Positions 11,631 to 22,839 of a stretch of DNA of 64,000 nt are shown one piece after another. Each line of letters begins with the position of its first letter. The stretch's first letter is position 1. The notes under the pieces are model-generated. The model worked only from the letters and a program-made list of their open reading frames with translations. It was not told where the DNA came from and searched no databases. Origin of the DNA: Cyanophora paradoxa CCMP329 (Eukaryota > Plantae > Glaucophyta); NCBI GenBank assembly GCA_004431415.1, contig QPMI01000095.1:124001-188000 (forward strand), given 5' to 3'. The position numbers and the translations under genes were made by a program.

Positions 11631-13354
11631 CTACCAGCCCCGGGTCTTCAACGCCTTGGCGATCTCCTCGTTCAGGATCTGTCGGGGGGAGGGAGCGATC
11701 AGAAGGGGCGCGGCCGCCGGGGCTGCGGGGCGGAGGCGCACGAGCTGGAGCATCACGGCCGGTGCGATGCGCATGTAGAAGGTGCCGAAGCCCTGCGCGA
11801 CGGTCGGCTCCGCGCCGGGGGCGCCGGGGGGCCCCGGGGCGCACCTTGTAGAACGCCAGGGGGCCCTCCTGGGCCGCCACCTTCACGACGCAGTCCAGCG
11901 GGTTCTGCGCCGCGCGCTCGAGCTCGAATCCCGGGTGGAGCGCTTTCCGGGCGGGGGCACCTTGTAGAGGAGGTTCCCGTGGGAGTCGGGCCTCTGCTTC
12001 TGGATGCGGGTCTTCACCTGCGCGCCGGGCGGGCGTCAGGCCGCGCGGCGGACGCAGTCTCGCGGCGGCGCGCACGAAGTCGAAGGGGAGACCGAAGACG
12101 GAGGCGAGGAAACCGGCGACGCCTGCGGGGGCGCGACGTCGGCGGGGTACGGACGCTCGGAGATGACAGCAAGGGGGGTACCGGACGCGGCCCACTCGGC
12201 GCTGCTCTTCTCGAGGCCGATGTCGCGGAAGACCGTCTTGCCTGCGCGCGGCGCGCAAGACCGCGCTCAGAGCGGCGGCGGCGCGCGGCGCGCGAGGGTT
12301 CGGCTCCGGGGTGGACCCTTCTCGAAGCCGCCGAAGATGCCGGCGTTGACGGCCATGGCGCGCACGACGGTCGGGGCGCAGCCCTGCCCGCCGGAGAATG
12401 AGAGGGGTACGGGGCGGGCGGGCGCCGGGGGTACGGCGTTTCGCGCCTTCCAAAGGGCGAAGAAGCCCTCCTCCTTGACGATGCGGCCGAGCGCGTTGCC
12501 GACTCCGGTGTAGTTCCGCCGCTGCTCCTTCGGCAGCGTCCCGTCCGCCTGCCGCCCGGATGATCGGCAAGAGCGAGGGATACAGGACCGGACGGGGCGG
12601 GGCGAGGCGGAGCGGGGCGCGCCTGCATGCGGACGAGGGCGAGGTCGGCCGGGGTGCCGGCGACGGCGCCGAAGCCGCCGGCAACCATCCCGAGCCCGAA
12701 CGAGGCGTACGTGGGGAGCGCCTTCCCGTCTGCCGCGCGCGGAGGGGCGTCAGAAGGCCGCGCGGGCTCGCGGCCGCCGGCGCGCCGGGGGCGGCTCGAA
12801 GGGCGCACCGAAGTAGTTCTGCGAGACCTCCTCCTTCGTCGCGTTGAAGAGGCCCATGCGGCTCGTCGTGTACGTCGCCTGCGCGGCGCGGCGCGGCGCG
12901 GCTGAGGCGGCGGGCGCGCGGGGCGCCGGGCTCGGGGCGCACCTGCCGGAGAAGCGCGGCGCTGAGGCCCTTGTAGAGGGAGAGCGCGCCCTCGTTCGCG
13001 ATGATGTTGCGGACGGTCTGCGCGACGCTCGGTTCAGCGCGGGGGGGGGCCCGCGCCGGCGCCGCGGGCCGGGTCGGAAACGCGCGTTGGCGAAGGACGG
13101 CTTGACACCCTTGACGCCCTCGCCCTGCAGCTGGAGCCGGACTTTGACGGTGTCGACGGGCTGCAGGAAGCACATCGAGATCATGCCGGCCGATCCACCA
13201 ACGACGCTGCGCGGGCGCGCGAAGGGGCGGGTCAGGCGCCGGCGCGACGACCCTCCCGGATATTTGGCGCGCGAAGTCGCGGGCGGGCGCACTAGGGCCT
13301 AACGGCCATCCACGCCTTCGGTGGCTGCGCCACCGTAACTGTGTCCGTAGCCAT
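11631..13354 (-). CDS. Mitochondrial carrier, 2-oxoglutarate/malate or dicarboxylate-tricarboxylate (OGC/DTC) type, multi-exon
   Basis: Three Px[DE]xx[KR] signatures (QPVDTVKVRLQ, TPADLALVRMQ|ADGTLPKEQRRNY, LPFDFVKTRIQ) plus PTVVRAMAVNAG; stop at 11631-11633. Confidence 0.9.
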
Positions 13355-13719
13355 CTGTGCGCGCTCCCGAATGTGCTGCGCGCCGTGGCTCAAGATCAGC
13401 CTCGCGCCTCTTCCGAGGCGAGCAGACGGTGGTAATCAGCTCTATTGGCCCGGCCCAATGCTGCGGCAAGGCAGCGCCCGGGGAGGCGCCGCGCGCGGCA
13501 GCGGTGGAATCTACGGGCCGCGCGGCGGCAGGGCCTGGAGATACGGGCGCGGTTGAGTTTTATAGCTTAAGCCATGGCTTACGAGGCTGCTCTAGATCTA
13601 CGCTGCCGCTCTCACCTGCAGCGAACTGTGTACCCCGGCACACCAGCCTGGCAGAGCCTGCGCTGCCGATTGGCCTCCCGAGGCTATCCCATCTACCTTA
13701 AGGTTACAGCGGTCTCGCG

Positions 13720-16700
13720 ATGCGGCCGACGGATCGAGGGTCGCTGCAGGCGACCGGCGCCTTCGTCGTACAGTCCGGCTCGCCGCCTTCGCTGCAGCCG
13801 TACGCGGCTGCGCCCGGCCGCCGCACGAGCGCATCCGCTGTTCCGGGAGTGTCTGCTGCCTGCTCTTCCCGAAGAACCACCGTGCTCGGGAGCGCGTGCA
13901 GGCCGTCTGCGGAGCGCTGCAACACCCCTACGCTGACCGGCACGCGCTCTGAGTTCTTAGGCAGCAAGCTGCAGTTCGAGCAGCTTTCAATCTTCCAGGC
14001 GCCTCGGCGCTGCCAGCTCGAGCAGCACGCGCCAGGGCGCGCATTTGCGGTCGCATCGCCCACAGCGCCGAGCGCGGGGGCGACGGCGAAAGCGACGAAG
14101 CACGTTGTCATCATTGCCGGCTTCGAGTCGTTCAACAAGGTGCGCCGGCCGCTGTGGTGCTCTGGCGTGCAGTTGTCTGCCGCTGCCACGCGGAGCGCTT
14201 TTCCGCGCCGGGGCCCCCCTGCACCGCCAGAGGGCCCTGTCGAAGCTCCCGAGGCTCGCGCCGCGCTGACGCCGCGCTGCGCAGGCGCTGTACCAGGATG
14301 CGGCGAAGGCGGCGGTCGCGCAGTGCGGCGGGCAGCTCTCCGTCGACGTCTTCTCCGACCGGGACCTGGGTACGCGCTCCCGGGCCCGGGGGTACGCCGC
14401 GGCGGGCTGAGGGCGGGGGCCGCAGGCGAGCGGCGGGGGGAGGTGGAGAACGCGCTCGCGCGGGCAGACGTCTTCTTCGCATCCCTCTTGTTCGATTTCG
14501 ACGCGGTGCGCGGGTACCCGGCTCCAGGGGGTACGGCGTTCGATCCTGACGGGCGCGCAGGTAGAGTGGCTCCGGGATCGCGTGGAGCACGTGCCCGTCA
14601 GGCTCGTGTTCGAATCCGCGTTGGAGCTTATGGCGCTGACGCGGATCGGTGACTTCACTCTTGGCGGCTCGCAGCCCAAGGGGATGCCCAAGGTACCCCG
14701 TACCCCCGCTGCAGCCCCTCCTCGTCTCCCGACGCCGTACCCCGCCGCAGCCCGTGCAGTTCATTCTGTCGAAGTTCTCCAACTCACGCGAGGAGGACAA
14801 GCTCGCCGGTGCCGCGTACCCCTCGCCTCCGGCCCGTACCCCCATCGAAGCGAGGCGCAGGGTACCTCAGCTTCCTGAAGGCCGGCCCCAAACTCCTCAA
14901 GTACGTCCCCGTCAAGAAGGTGATACCCCCTTTCCCTCCTCCCCCTACCCCCCTCCCCCATCCCCGAATACCTGATACCCTTCCGCAGGTGCAGGACCTG
15001 CGCAGCTGGCTGGTGATCTACGGGTACTGGAACGCGGGCGGTGAATCCCCTCCCCTCCCTTCGCGCGGCGCGGCGCTCGGACCCGCGGCGACGGGCCGCG
15101 GGCGGCTGGGGGGCGGCAGGAGAGGAGAACGTGGCGGCGATGCTGCTGCTCCTCGCCCGCGACCGCCTCGGCCTCCAGGCGCCCGCCCGCCCCGCCCCCT
15201 TCCCCGTCCCTCGGGGGCGACGCGAGCGGGGCGCAGGTGGGCGCCGTGCCCGAGGTCTCGAGCGCCCCGGCCCTCGGCCTCCTCCACCCCGCCCGCCCCG
15301 CCCACTACTTCGAGTCCCCCCGCGGTCCCCTCCCATCTGCCCCCCGCCCCCCCGCCCCCCGCCGCCCCTCACCCCGTGCAGAGTACGTCGAGTGGTACAA
15401 GCGCCAGTTCCCCGACCGCGCCTCCCGCCCCGCCGTGCCGACCCGCGCCCTTCCCCTTCCACTCTTCGGCCCCGCAACGCCCGCTAACTTCGCTGGCCGT
15501 ACCCCCAGGTCGCCATCCTCTTGTACCGCAAGCACGTCGTGACCAAGCAACCGGTACTCCCCCCCTCACCCCCCTGCGCCCGCCCAGCGCTGTGTTCCTT
15601 TCCCTTTCTCTCTTCTTCGGCCGTTCTGGAACCTGGCGCCGCGCGCAGTACATCCCGACCCTCATCAGCGGCTTCGAGGATGCCGGCCTCATCCCCGTAC
15701 CCATCTTCATCAACGGTGCCCCCCCCCCCCCCCCCTTCCCAGGCGACCGGCGCCATCGACCGATCGCCGTACCCCCGCAGGCGTCGAGGGACACGTGGCG
15801 GTTCGCGACCTCCTCACGACCCCGTACGAGCTGGTACCCCCGCTCTATATCCTCCCCCCCCTTCTTTTGAGCCGGGGGCAGGCGCGCCGGGCGGAGGGGG
15901 TACGGGAGTCGCCGGCGCTCTCGCCCAACGCGGCGGTCGTCGACGCCGTCGTCTCCACCATCGGCTTCCCCCTCGGTGCCCCCCGCTCCCTCCCTCCCTG
16001 CCCCCCCCCCCCGCTCCCTCGACCCGGGGGCGCGCCAGTCGGGGGCCCGGCGGGGAGCATGGAGGCCGGCCGCCAGGTCGAGGTCGGCCCCGCCGCTCCC
16101 GCCCGCCTCTCCTCTACCCCGCACCCATTCCCCCCCCCCCCCCCCCCCCCCTCCCAGGTGGCCAAGCGGATCCTGCAAGCGAAGAACGTGCCCTACGTCG
16201 TCTCCGCCCCCCTCCTCATCCAGGTCGGGTCGCTGCCGTGCTTGTCCCCCCTCCTTCCCGCCCTCCGACCGACGCGCCCCCCTCGGCAGGACATCAAGTC
16301 CTGGACCCGCCAGGCGCGCCCGCCCGCCCCCCGCCGCAGCCCCGCCCCTGCCGCCTCCTCCTCGAGCTGGGGCCGGGGCAGGGGATCGGGGGCCTGCAGT
16401 CCGTCGTCCTCTACTCCCTCCCCGAGCTCGACGGCGCCATCGACCCCGTCCCCCTCGGCCCGCCCCTCCCCCCCCTCCTCCCCTACTGCCCGCCCCTCCG
16501 CCGGGCGCTGAGTGCGGGGGCGGGGGCGGGCAGGCGGGCTCGTCGGGGACAAGATCTACGTGGTGCCCGAGCGGGTGAAGCGGCTCACGGGGCGCCTCAA
16601 CCGCTGGATCGCCCTCCGCCGCAAGGCCCGCCCCCGCCCCCTCCGTCCCCCGCCCCGCGGCCCCTCTCCCGCGCCGCTGACGCGCTGCCGCCGCCGGCAC

Positions 16701-19700
16701 CGCAGCCGGCGGCGGAGCGCAAGGTCGCCATCGTCCTCTACGGTGCCCCTCGCCGGCCCCTCCCGCCCCCGCCCCGGGCGCTGAGGGGGGGCAGGGTTCC
16801 CGCCGGGGTACGGGGCGGCGGGGACGGCGGCGCTGCTGAACGTCCCCAAGAGCCTCGTCGCCCTCCTCCGCGCCATGAAGGCGCGTACCCCCCCCCCCAG
16901 CCCCCCCACTCCCCCCGCCGCCCCCGCGCCCCGTCTCGGGCGCCCCGGGCCGACGCGGGACGGGGCCAGGCGGAGGGGTACGCGGTGGGGGACGTCCCCG
17001 ACGACTTCGGCGAGCGCCTCATCTCCATGTCCGCGTACCCCCCCTCAACCCCGCCCCGCCCCTGAGGCCGCGCAGGGTCAAGCACGCGGACGAGGGCACG
17101 CCCGACGTGCGCGGAGCAGCGCACTGGCTCGCCCGCCCTCGCGGCGGGCGGGGCTCAGGCGGGGGGGGGGGGGGCGGCAGCCGCTGGCGGTGGAGGGGGA
17201 GGAGGAGCGGCTGGCGGAGGCCGGCCTCGCCCCCGGCCTCGCCCGCGTCTCCGCCCAGGCCCTCGGCACGTGCGCCCGCCCGGGACCCCCGCGGCTCGCT
17301 CCTCCCCCGCCGCCTCCCCGGCCGAGGCGCGGGGGCGGGGCAGGTGGCTGGGCTGGCTCAAGGCGGAGCGCGTGAAGAAGGCGTGGGGCGGGCTCACCAC
17401 CTCGGGCATCAAGACCCAGGTCCCCCCCGCCGGCCCCGAGGACGGCCCCGCGGGGGGTGACTGGCCCCGGCAGGGGGACGAGCTGCTGGTGGGGGGCCTG
17501 CGGGCGGGGGAGGGCGTCTGGGTGGGCCTCCAGCCGCCCCTCGGCATCGCCGGCGACCCCATGCGCCTCCTCTTCGGTCCGGGCGCCCCTCCCCCCCGCC
17601 CCGCCCTCCCCCCTGCTGACTCCGGGGCCTGCGCGCAGAGCGGGACCTGACGCCGCACCCCCAGTACGCCGCCTTCTACCTCTGGCTCCAGAACGTCTAC
17701 AAGGCCGTGCGCCCGCCCCGGCCCCGGCCCCGCGGCGCGCCTGAAGGGCGGGGCAGGACGCGGTGATCCACTTCGGCATGCACGGCACCTTCGAGTGGTC
17801 CGCCCGCCCGCCCCGCCCCGCGATGCGGAGCTCGACGGGGCGGGGGCGGCAGGCTGCCGGGGAGCCCGCTTGGGAACACGGGGGACAGCTGGCCCGACGT
17901 CCTCATCGGCGACATGCCCAACCTGCGCGCCCCGCCCCGCCCCGCCCGCCCAGAGCGCAGGCCCCGGGCTCACCCACGCCCGCCCGCCGGCTCCGCAGGT
18001 ACGTGTACGCGGCGAACAACCCGAGCGAGTCGATCCTGGCGAAGCGGCGCGGCCTCGGCGTCCTCGTCTCCCACTGCGTCCCTCCCTACGGCCGCGCCGG
18101 CCTCTACAAGCAGCTCGCCGAGCTCCGGGCCCGCCACGCCCCCTCAACCCCCCTCTCTCTTCCCGGGCGCCTGACGGGGCGGGGCGGCAGGGCCTGCTCT
18201 CGGAGGCGCGGGGCGGGGACGCGTGTGACCCCGGGGCGGCGGCGGCGAACATGCCGCTCCTCTGGCCGGCCATCGCCACCCTCGTCAAGGACGCCGTGCG
18301 CGCCGCCGCCGCGCCGAAAGATCGAAGCTTAAGGCTGACGGGGGCGGGGGGCGGGGCCAGGGCCTGGACGCCGACTGCGCGCTGCCGGCCTCGGTCGAGG
18401 GCCCCGAGGACGCCTCCTCCCTCCAGGAGCGCCAGGCGCGCCCGCCCGCCCCGCCTCCTCGGGGCGGCCGCCTCCGACCTCCTCCTTCCCGCGCAGGAGT
18501 ACGTGGTACGGCTCTACGAGTACCTCGGCGTCCTCGAGAACCGCCTCTTCTCCTCCGGCCTCCACGTCCTCGGCGCCCGCCCCTCCCCAGCAGACGCGCG
18601 CCCCGCCCCGCCCCACGCCCCCCCGCGCGCCCCGGGGCCGCCTTCCCCATGCCCGCGCAGATGCGGGGGTACCTCGAGGCCTACTCGGGCGACGCGCTGC
18701 CCCCCGACGCCATCCTGTACCTCGCCAACGGGATGGACGCCGACGAGGCGCGCCCGCGCCCCCGCTCCCACCCCCGCCCTCGCCCCCGCCTGAGAGGGGT
18801 ACACCGTTCAGGTTCTGAGGAGGATGGGCGACGCGGCGGAGTCGGTTGACACAGCGGCGCTCGAGGAGGCCGTCCGAGTACCCCCCCCCCCCCCGCCGCC
18901 CCCGCCTCCGCCCGCGTACCCCCAACCGACGGCGTCAGGTGCGGGACCTGCTCGACGAGTGTCCCGAGGAGGCGAGTACCCCCCTGGCCACCCCCCGGAC
19001 CCCGTACCCGACGCCCTGCCTCCCGGGCCCCGCAGATCCGGAGCATTCTGAGGGGCCTGAACGGCGAGTTCATCCCCCCGGCCCCGGGCGGCGACCTCCT
19101 CCGCGATGGCCCGGGTACTCTCCTCGCGCCCTCTCGCCTCCCCCCCCCTGTTTCACGTACCCCCGCCAGGGGCGCTGCCGACGGGGAGGAACATCCACTC
19201 GCTGGACCCGTACCGGATGCCCTCCCCCGCGGCCTACGAGAGGGGCCGCGCCATCGCCGAGCAGGCCCGCCGCCTCCCCCAGCCCCCCGTCACTCCTTCG
19301 CCGACTCGCGCACCCCCCTCCCCCCGCAGCTCATCGAGCAGCACCGGGCCGAGCACGGCGGGGCGTACCCCGAGACCATCGCGGTGCTGCTGGTGCGTGG
19401 CCCCCGCCCTCTCGTCTCCCCGTGCCGGGCGCGACGCGCTGCAGTGGGGCCTGGACGCGATCAAGACGAAGGGCGAGGTGCGCGGGGCCGCCTCCGCGCC
19501 CTCTCGCGCCGGCCACCCACCCGCCCGCGCAGTCGGTGGGCGTGCTGCTCGGGCTCGTGGGGGCGCGGCCCCTCAAGGAGGGCACCGGGCGCATCGTCCG
19601 GCGCGCCCCCCGCCTTCGCCCCCGCCGCCCCGCGCCCGCGCTGAGGGCCGGCCTCCCGCCCGCGCAGGTACGAGCTGGTGCCGCTGGAGGAGCTCGGGCG

Positions 19701-22159
19701 GCCCCGCATCGACGTCCTCGGCAACCTCTCGTGCGCCCCCGCGGGGGCGCGCGGGCGCCGGCCAGGGCGGGGCGGGGCGGGGCGGCTCAGCGGACGGGGC
19801 GGGGCGGGGGCGCAGGGCATCTTCCGAGACAGCTTCGCGAACGTCATCGAGCTCCTCGACGACCTCTTCGCCCGGCCCGCCCCGCCCCGCCCCGCCCCGC
19901 CGTGCCGGACTCGCGCGCCGCGCTGAGCCGGGTGCGGCAGGGCGGCGGAGGCCGACGAGCCCGAGGAGCTGAACTTCGTCCGGTGCCGCCCCCGCCCCGC
20001 CCGCCCGCCCCCGCCCGCTCGGGCTGACGGAGGCCGCGGGGCGCAGGAAGCACGCGCGGGCGATGGCGGGCAAGGGCCTCGAGGCGCCCACCGCCCGCCT
20101 CTTCTCGTCCGCCCCGCCCCGCCCCGTCCCGCCCCCGTCGGGGCCGCGCGGTGGGCGACGCCGGCGGGGCGGGCGGGGCGGCAGGAACCCGGCCGGGGAC
20201 TACGGCTCGATGGTCAACGAGCAGGCGAGCGCGCTCCCTCCCTCCGCCCCGCCGGCCTCACGGGGCGGGGCGGGGCGCGGGCAGGTCGTCTCGTCGACGT
20301 GGGAGAGCAGCAGCGAGCTGGGCGCCACATGGGCCTCCCGCAACGCCTTCAGGCACGCCCCGCCCCGCCCGCCCTCCCCTCGCCCCGTCCCGCCGCCCGC
20401 GCTGACGGCGCGGCGGGGCGCAGCTACGGGCGGGCGGACAAGGGCGCCAACCGCTCCGAGGTGCCCTCGCGGGCACCCCTCGCGGGCGGGCGGCGGCGGG
20501 CGAGGCGGGGAGGGCGGCAGGTGCTGGCGGCGCTGCTGGAGACGACGGACGCCGTCGTGCAGGAGATCGACTCCGTCGAGTACGGCCTCACCGGTGCCCC
20601 CTCCCATCCGCCCCGCCCCGCCCGCCCCGCCGGCGCCTCCAGAGCGAGGGCGAGCCGATCGCGACTCCGCCCCCAGACATCCAGGAGTACTACGCGAACA
20701 CGGGGGCCTGGTGCGCGCCGCCGAGGACGTCCGGGCGGCCGCCCCGGCCCGAGCGGCGCCCCCGCCCCTCCGTCAAGGTCCCCCCCGCCCCCCGCCCCCG
20801 CCACGCACCTGGCCCCTGGCCCCGGCGCTGACGCGCTGCGGCGGGGGCGGGGCGCAGGCGAAGTTCGTGGAGTCGTTCTCGCGGGACTCGACCCCGCGCC
20901 CCCTCGACGACGTCCTCCGCGTCGAGTACCGGCGCGCCGGCCCCCGCCCCGGGCCGGCCGCCCTCGCCGAGGCGCCCGCCGGCTCTGACCTCTCCCCCGG
21001 GCGGGTGCGGGGGGCGGCAGGACGAAGCTGCTGAACCCGAAGTGGGCGCAGGCGATGGCCCGCCAGGGCTCCGGCGGCGCCTACGAGATCTCCCAGGCCC
21101 GCACCCCGCCGCCCCGGCCCCTCCGCCCCCGCCTGACGGTTCCGGCGCCGGCCGGCGCGGGGCGCGCGCAGCGCATGACGGCGATGATCGGCTGGGGCGC
21201 CACGACGGGTCCGCCCGCGAGCCCGAGCCGGAGCCCGCGCCCGAGGCGCCGCGCTTCGCCCGGCCGCAGCGCCCCTCACGCGCGCGCCCCGCGGCAGGCT
21301 TCAAGGAGACCTTCGTCTACGACCAGGCGCGCCCGCCCGCCGGCCCGCCCCGCCCCTCGCCGCCGCCGCTGAGGGGCGCAGGCGGCGGAGACGTACGCGC
21401 TGGACGAGGAGATGGCGCGCCGCCTCCAGGTCCGCCCTGGCCCCCGCCCCGCCCGCCCCGCCCCGCCCCTAGCGTTGGCAGAGGCCCCGCCCGGTCGCCG
21501 CGGCCGGTTCGGCTGCAGAAGCCGACGGTGGGGCGGGGCGGGCCCCCCGCAGGCGGCGAACCCCGAGGCCTTCCGCAACGTCCTCGGCCGCCTCATCGAG
21601 GCCCACGGCCGCGGTCCGCCCCCGCCCGCCACGCCCCGCCCCCCCTCCCCGCCCCCTTTCCGTCAGAGTCTGGAGACCGAGAGATCGCGAACTCAAGTTT
21701 GTCAGAGTCATTCCTCTCTCGGCTGACCTGCGCGCGGGGCGCGTGGGGCAGGCTTCTGGGAGCCGAAGGAGGGGGTCCTGGAGCGCCTGCAGGCCATGTT
21801 CGAGGATGCCGAGGTCGCCCCGTCCCGCCCCGCCCCGCCCCAGAGCCGGCGCGGGCCCTCTAGGTCTTGCGATTGAGGGCCTCAGGCGTCCCCCGAGGGG
21901 CCGCCCCCCCGACCCCCGCTCCCTGCGCCTTGCCTCTGCAAAGGCCCCCCGGATCCGCTTCGGGCCCCCGCCGCCAAAGCTCCGACTCTCCCTGGGCCTC
22001 AGGGCCTGAGGCCTCTGCCTAGCTCGCTTCCCCGCGGCCCGCCCTCCTGACGCCTCGGGTGTGGGGCGGGGGCAGGACGTGCTGGAGGGCGTGGCGGAGC
22101 GGCCGGAGGCGCCGGCGGAGGAGGCGGAGAGCCCCGCCGCCGCCGGCCTCGCCGCCTAG
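13720..22159 (+). CDS. chlH: Magnesium chelatase subunit H, BchH/ChlH2-type isoform, plastid-targeted, very many short introns
   Basis: HVVIIAGFESFNK|ALY, VFESALELMALT, GYLSFLKAGPKLLKYVP, IYGYWNAGG, DAVIHFGMHGTFEW, YAANNPSESILAKRRG, LPTGRNIHSLDP, LLNPKW; ends DVLEGV..AA* at 22157-22159. Start codon uncertain. Confidence 0.92.
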
Positions 22160-22839
22160 GCCCGCGGCCGCGTAGCCGTACTGGCCCGGCGCCAGTGCAG
22201 TTGGCCGTGTGCGTAGGTACCCGTGTGCTTAGAGCCGCTTCAATTCAGGGCGAAGCCTGCAAAAGACACGCTGCGGCAATTTCACAGGGCAGCACATTAT
22301 AATTAAGCACAAAATGAATGGACGTCGACAGATTTTAAAAACGATGCTACGATCGCGATGCAAAAAGCAATAGTAAGGATATTATAATTCTTCTTCTTGT
22401 ATTTCTATCTTGTATATATACTTGAGAACTACGTTACCTTCCATGGCCATGGCCATGCCCACTCCATGCGTATGGGTCCAGGCGGCCAGACTGGCCCCAT
22501 ATGAACAGCCCCTCTACCGCTGGGCCGGCGCCCTGCCGCCCGAAAACAGGACCCGTCTAGGCCCCAGTTCTGCGCGCGATCGCGAGAGACTGGTATACGT
22601 ACACGTATACGTGTATATATACGTATTTATACAATGAGAACTACATGCAGCTGATTGCTATAGCTATGCATATTCCAGGATCATGATGCCCCGTACTTCA
22701 CATAAAGCAAATTAAATTCTGTAGCTGTACATGAAAAACGACGTTGACGTCGCGGGAATTTCAAGTATTGCGCATGCGGCACATATAGATTTTTAAAGGA
22801 GGGACAATATATATGCCGTGATGATGCAAGTACAAAAAT

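Noticed and set aside
1-22200. Hundreds of long overlapping Pro/Arg/Gly/Ala-rich ORFs in the track
   Set aside because: Artefacts of very high GC and intron read-through; conserved proteins appear only after splicing.
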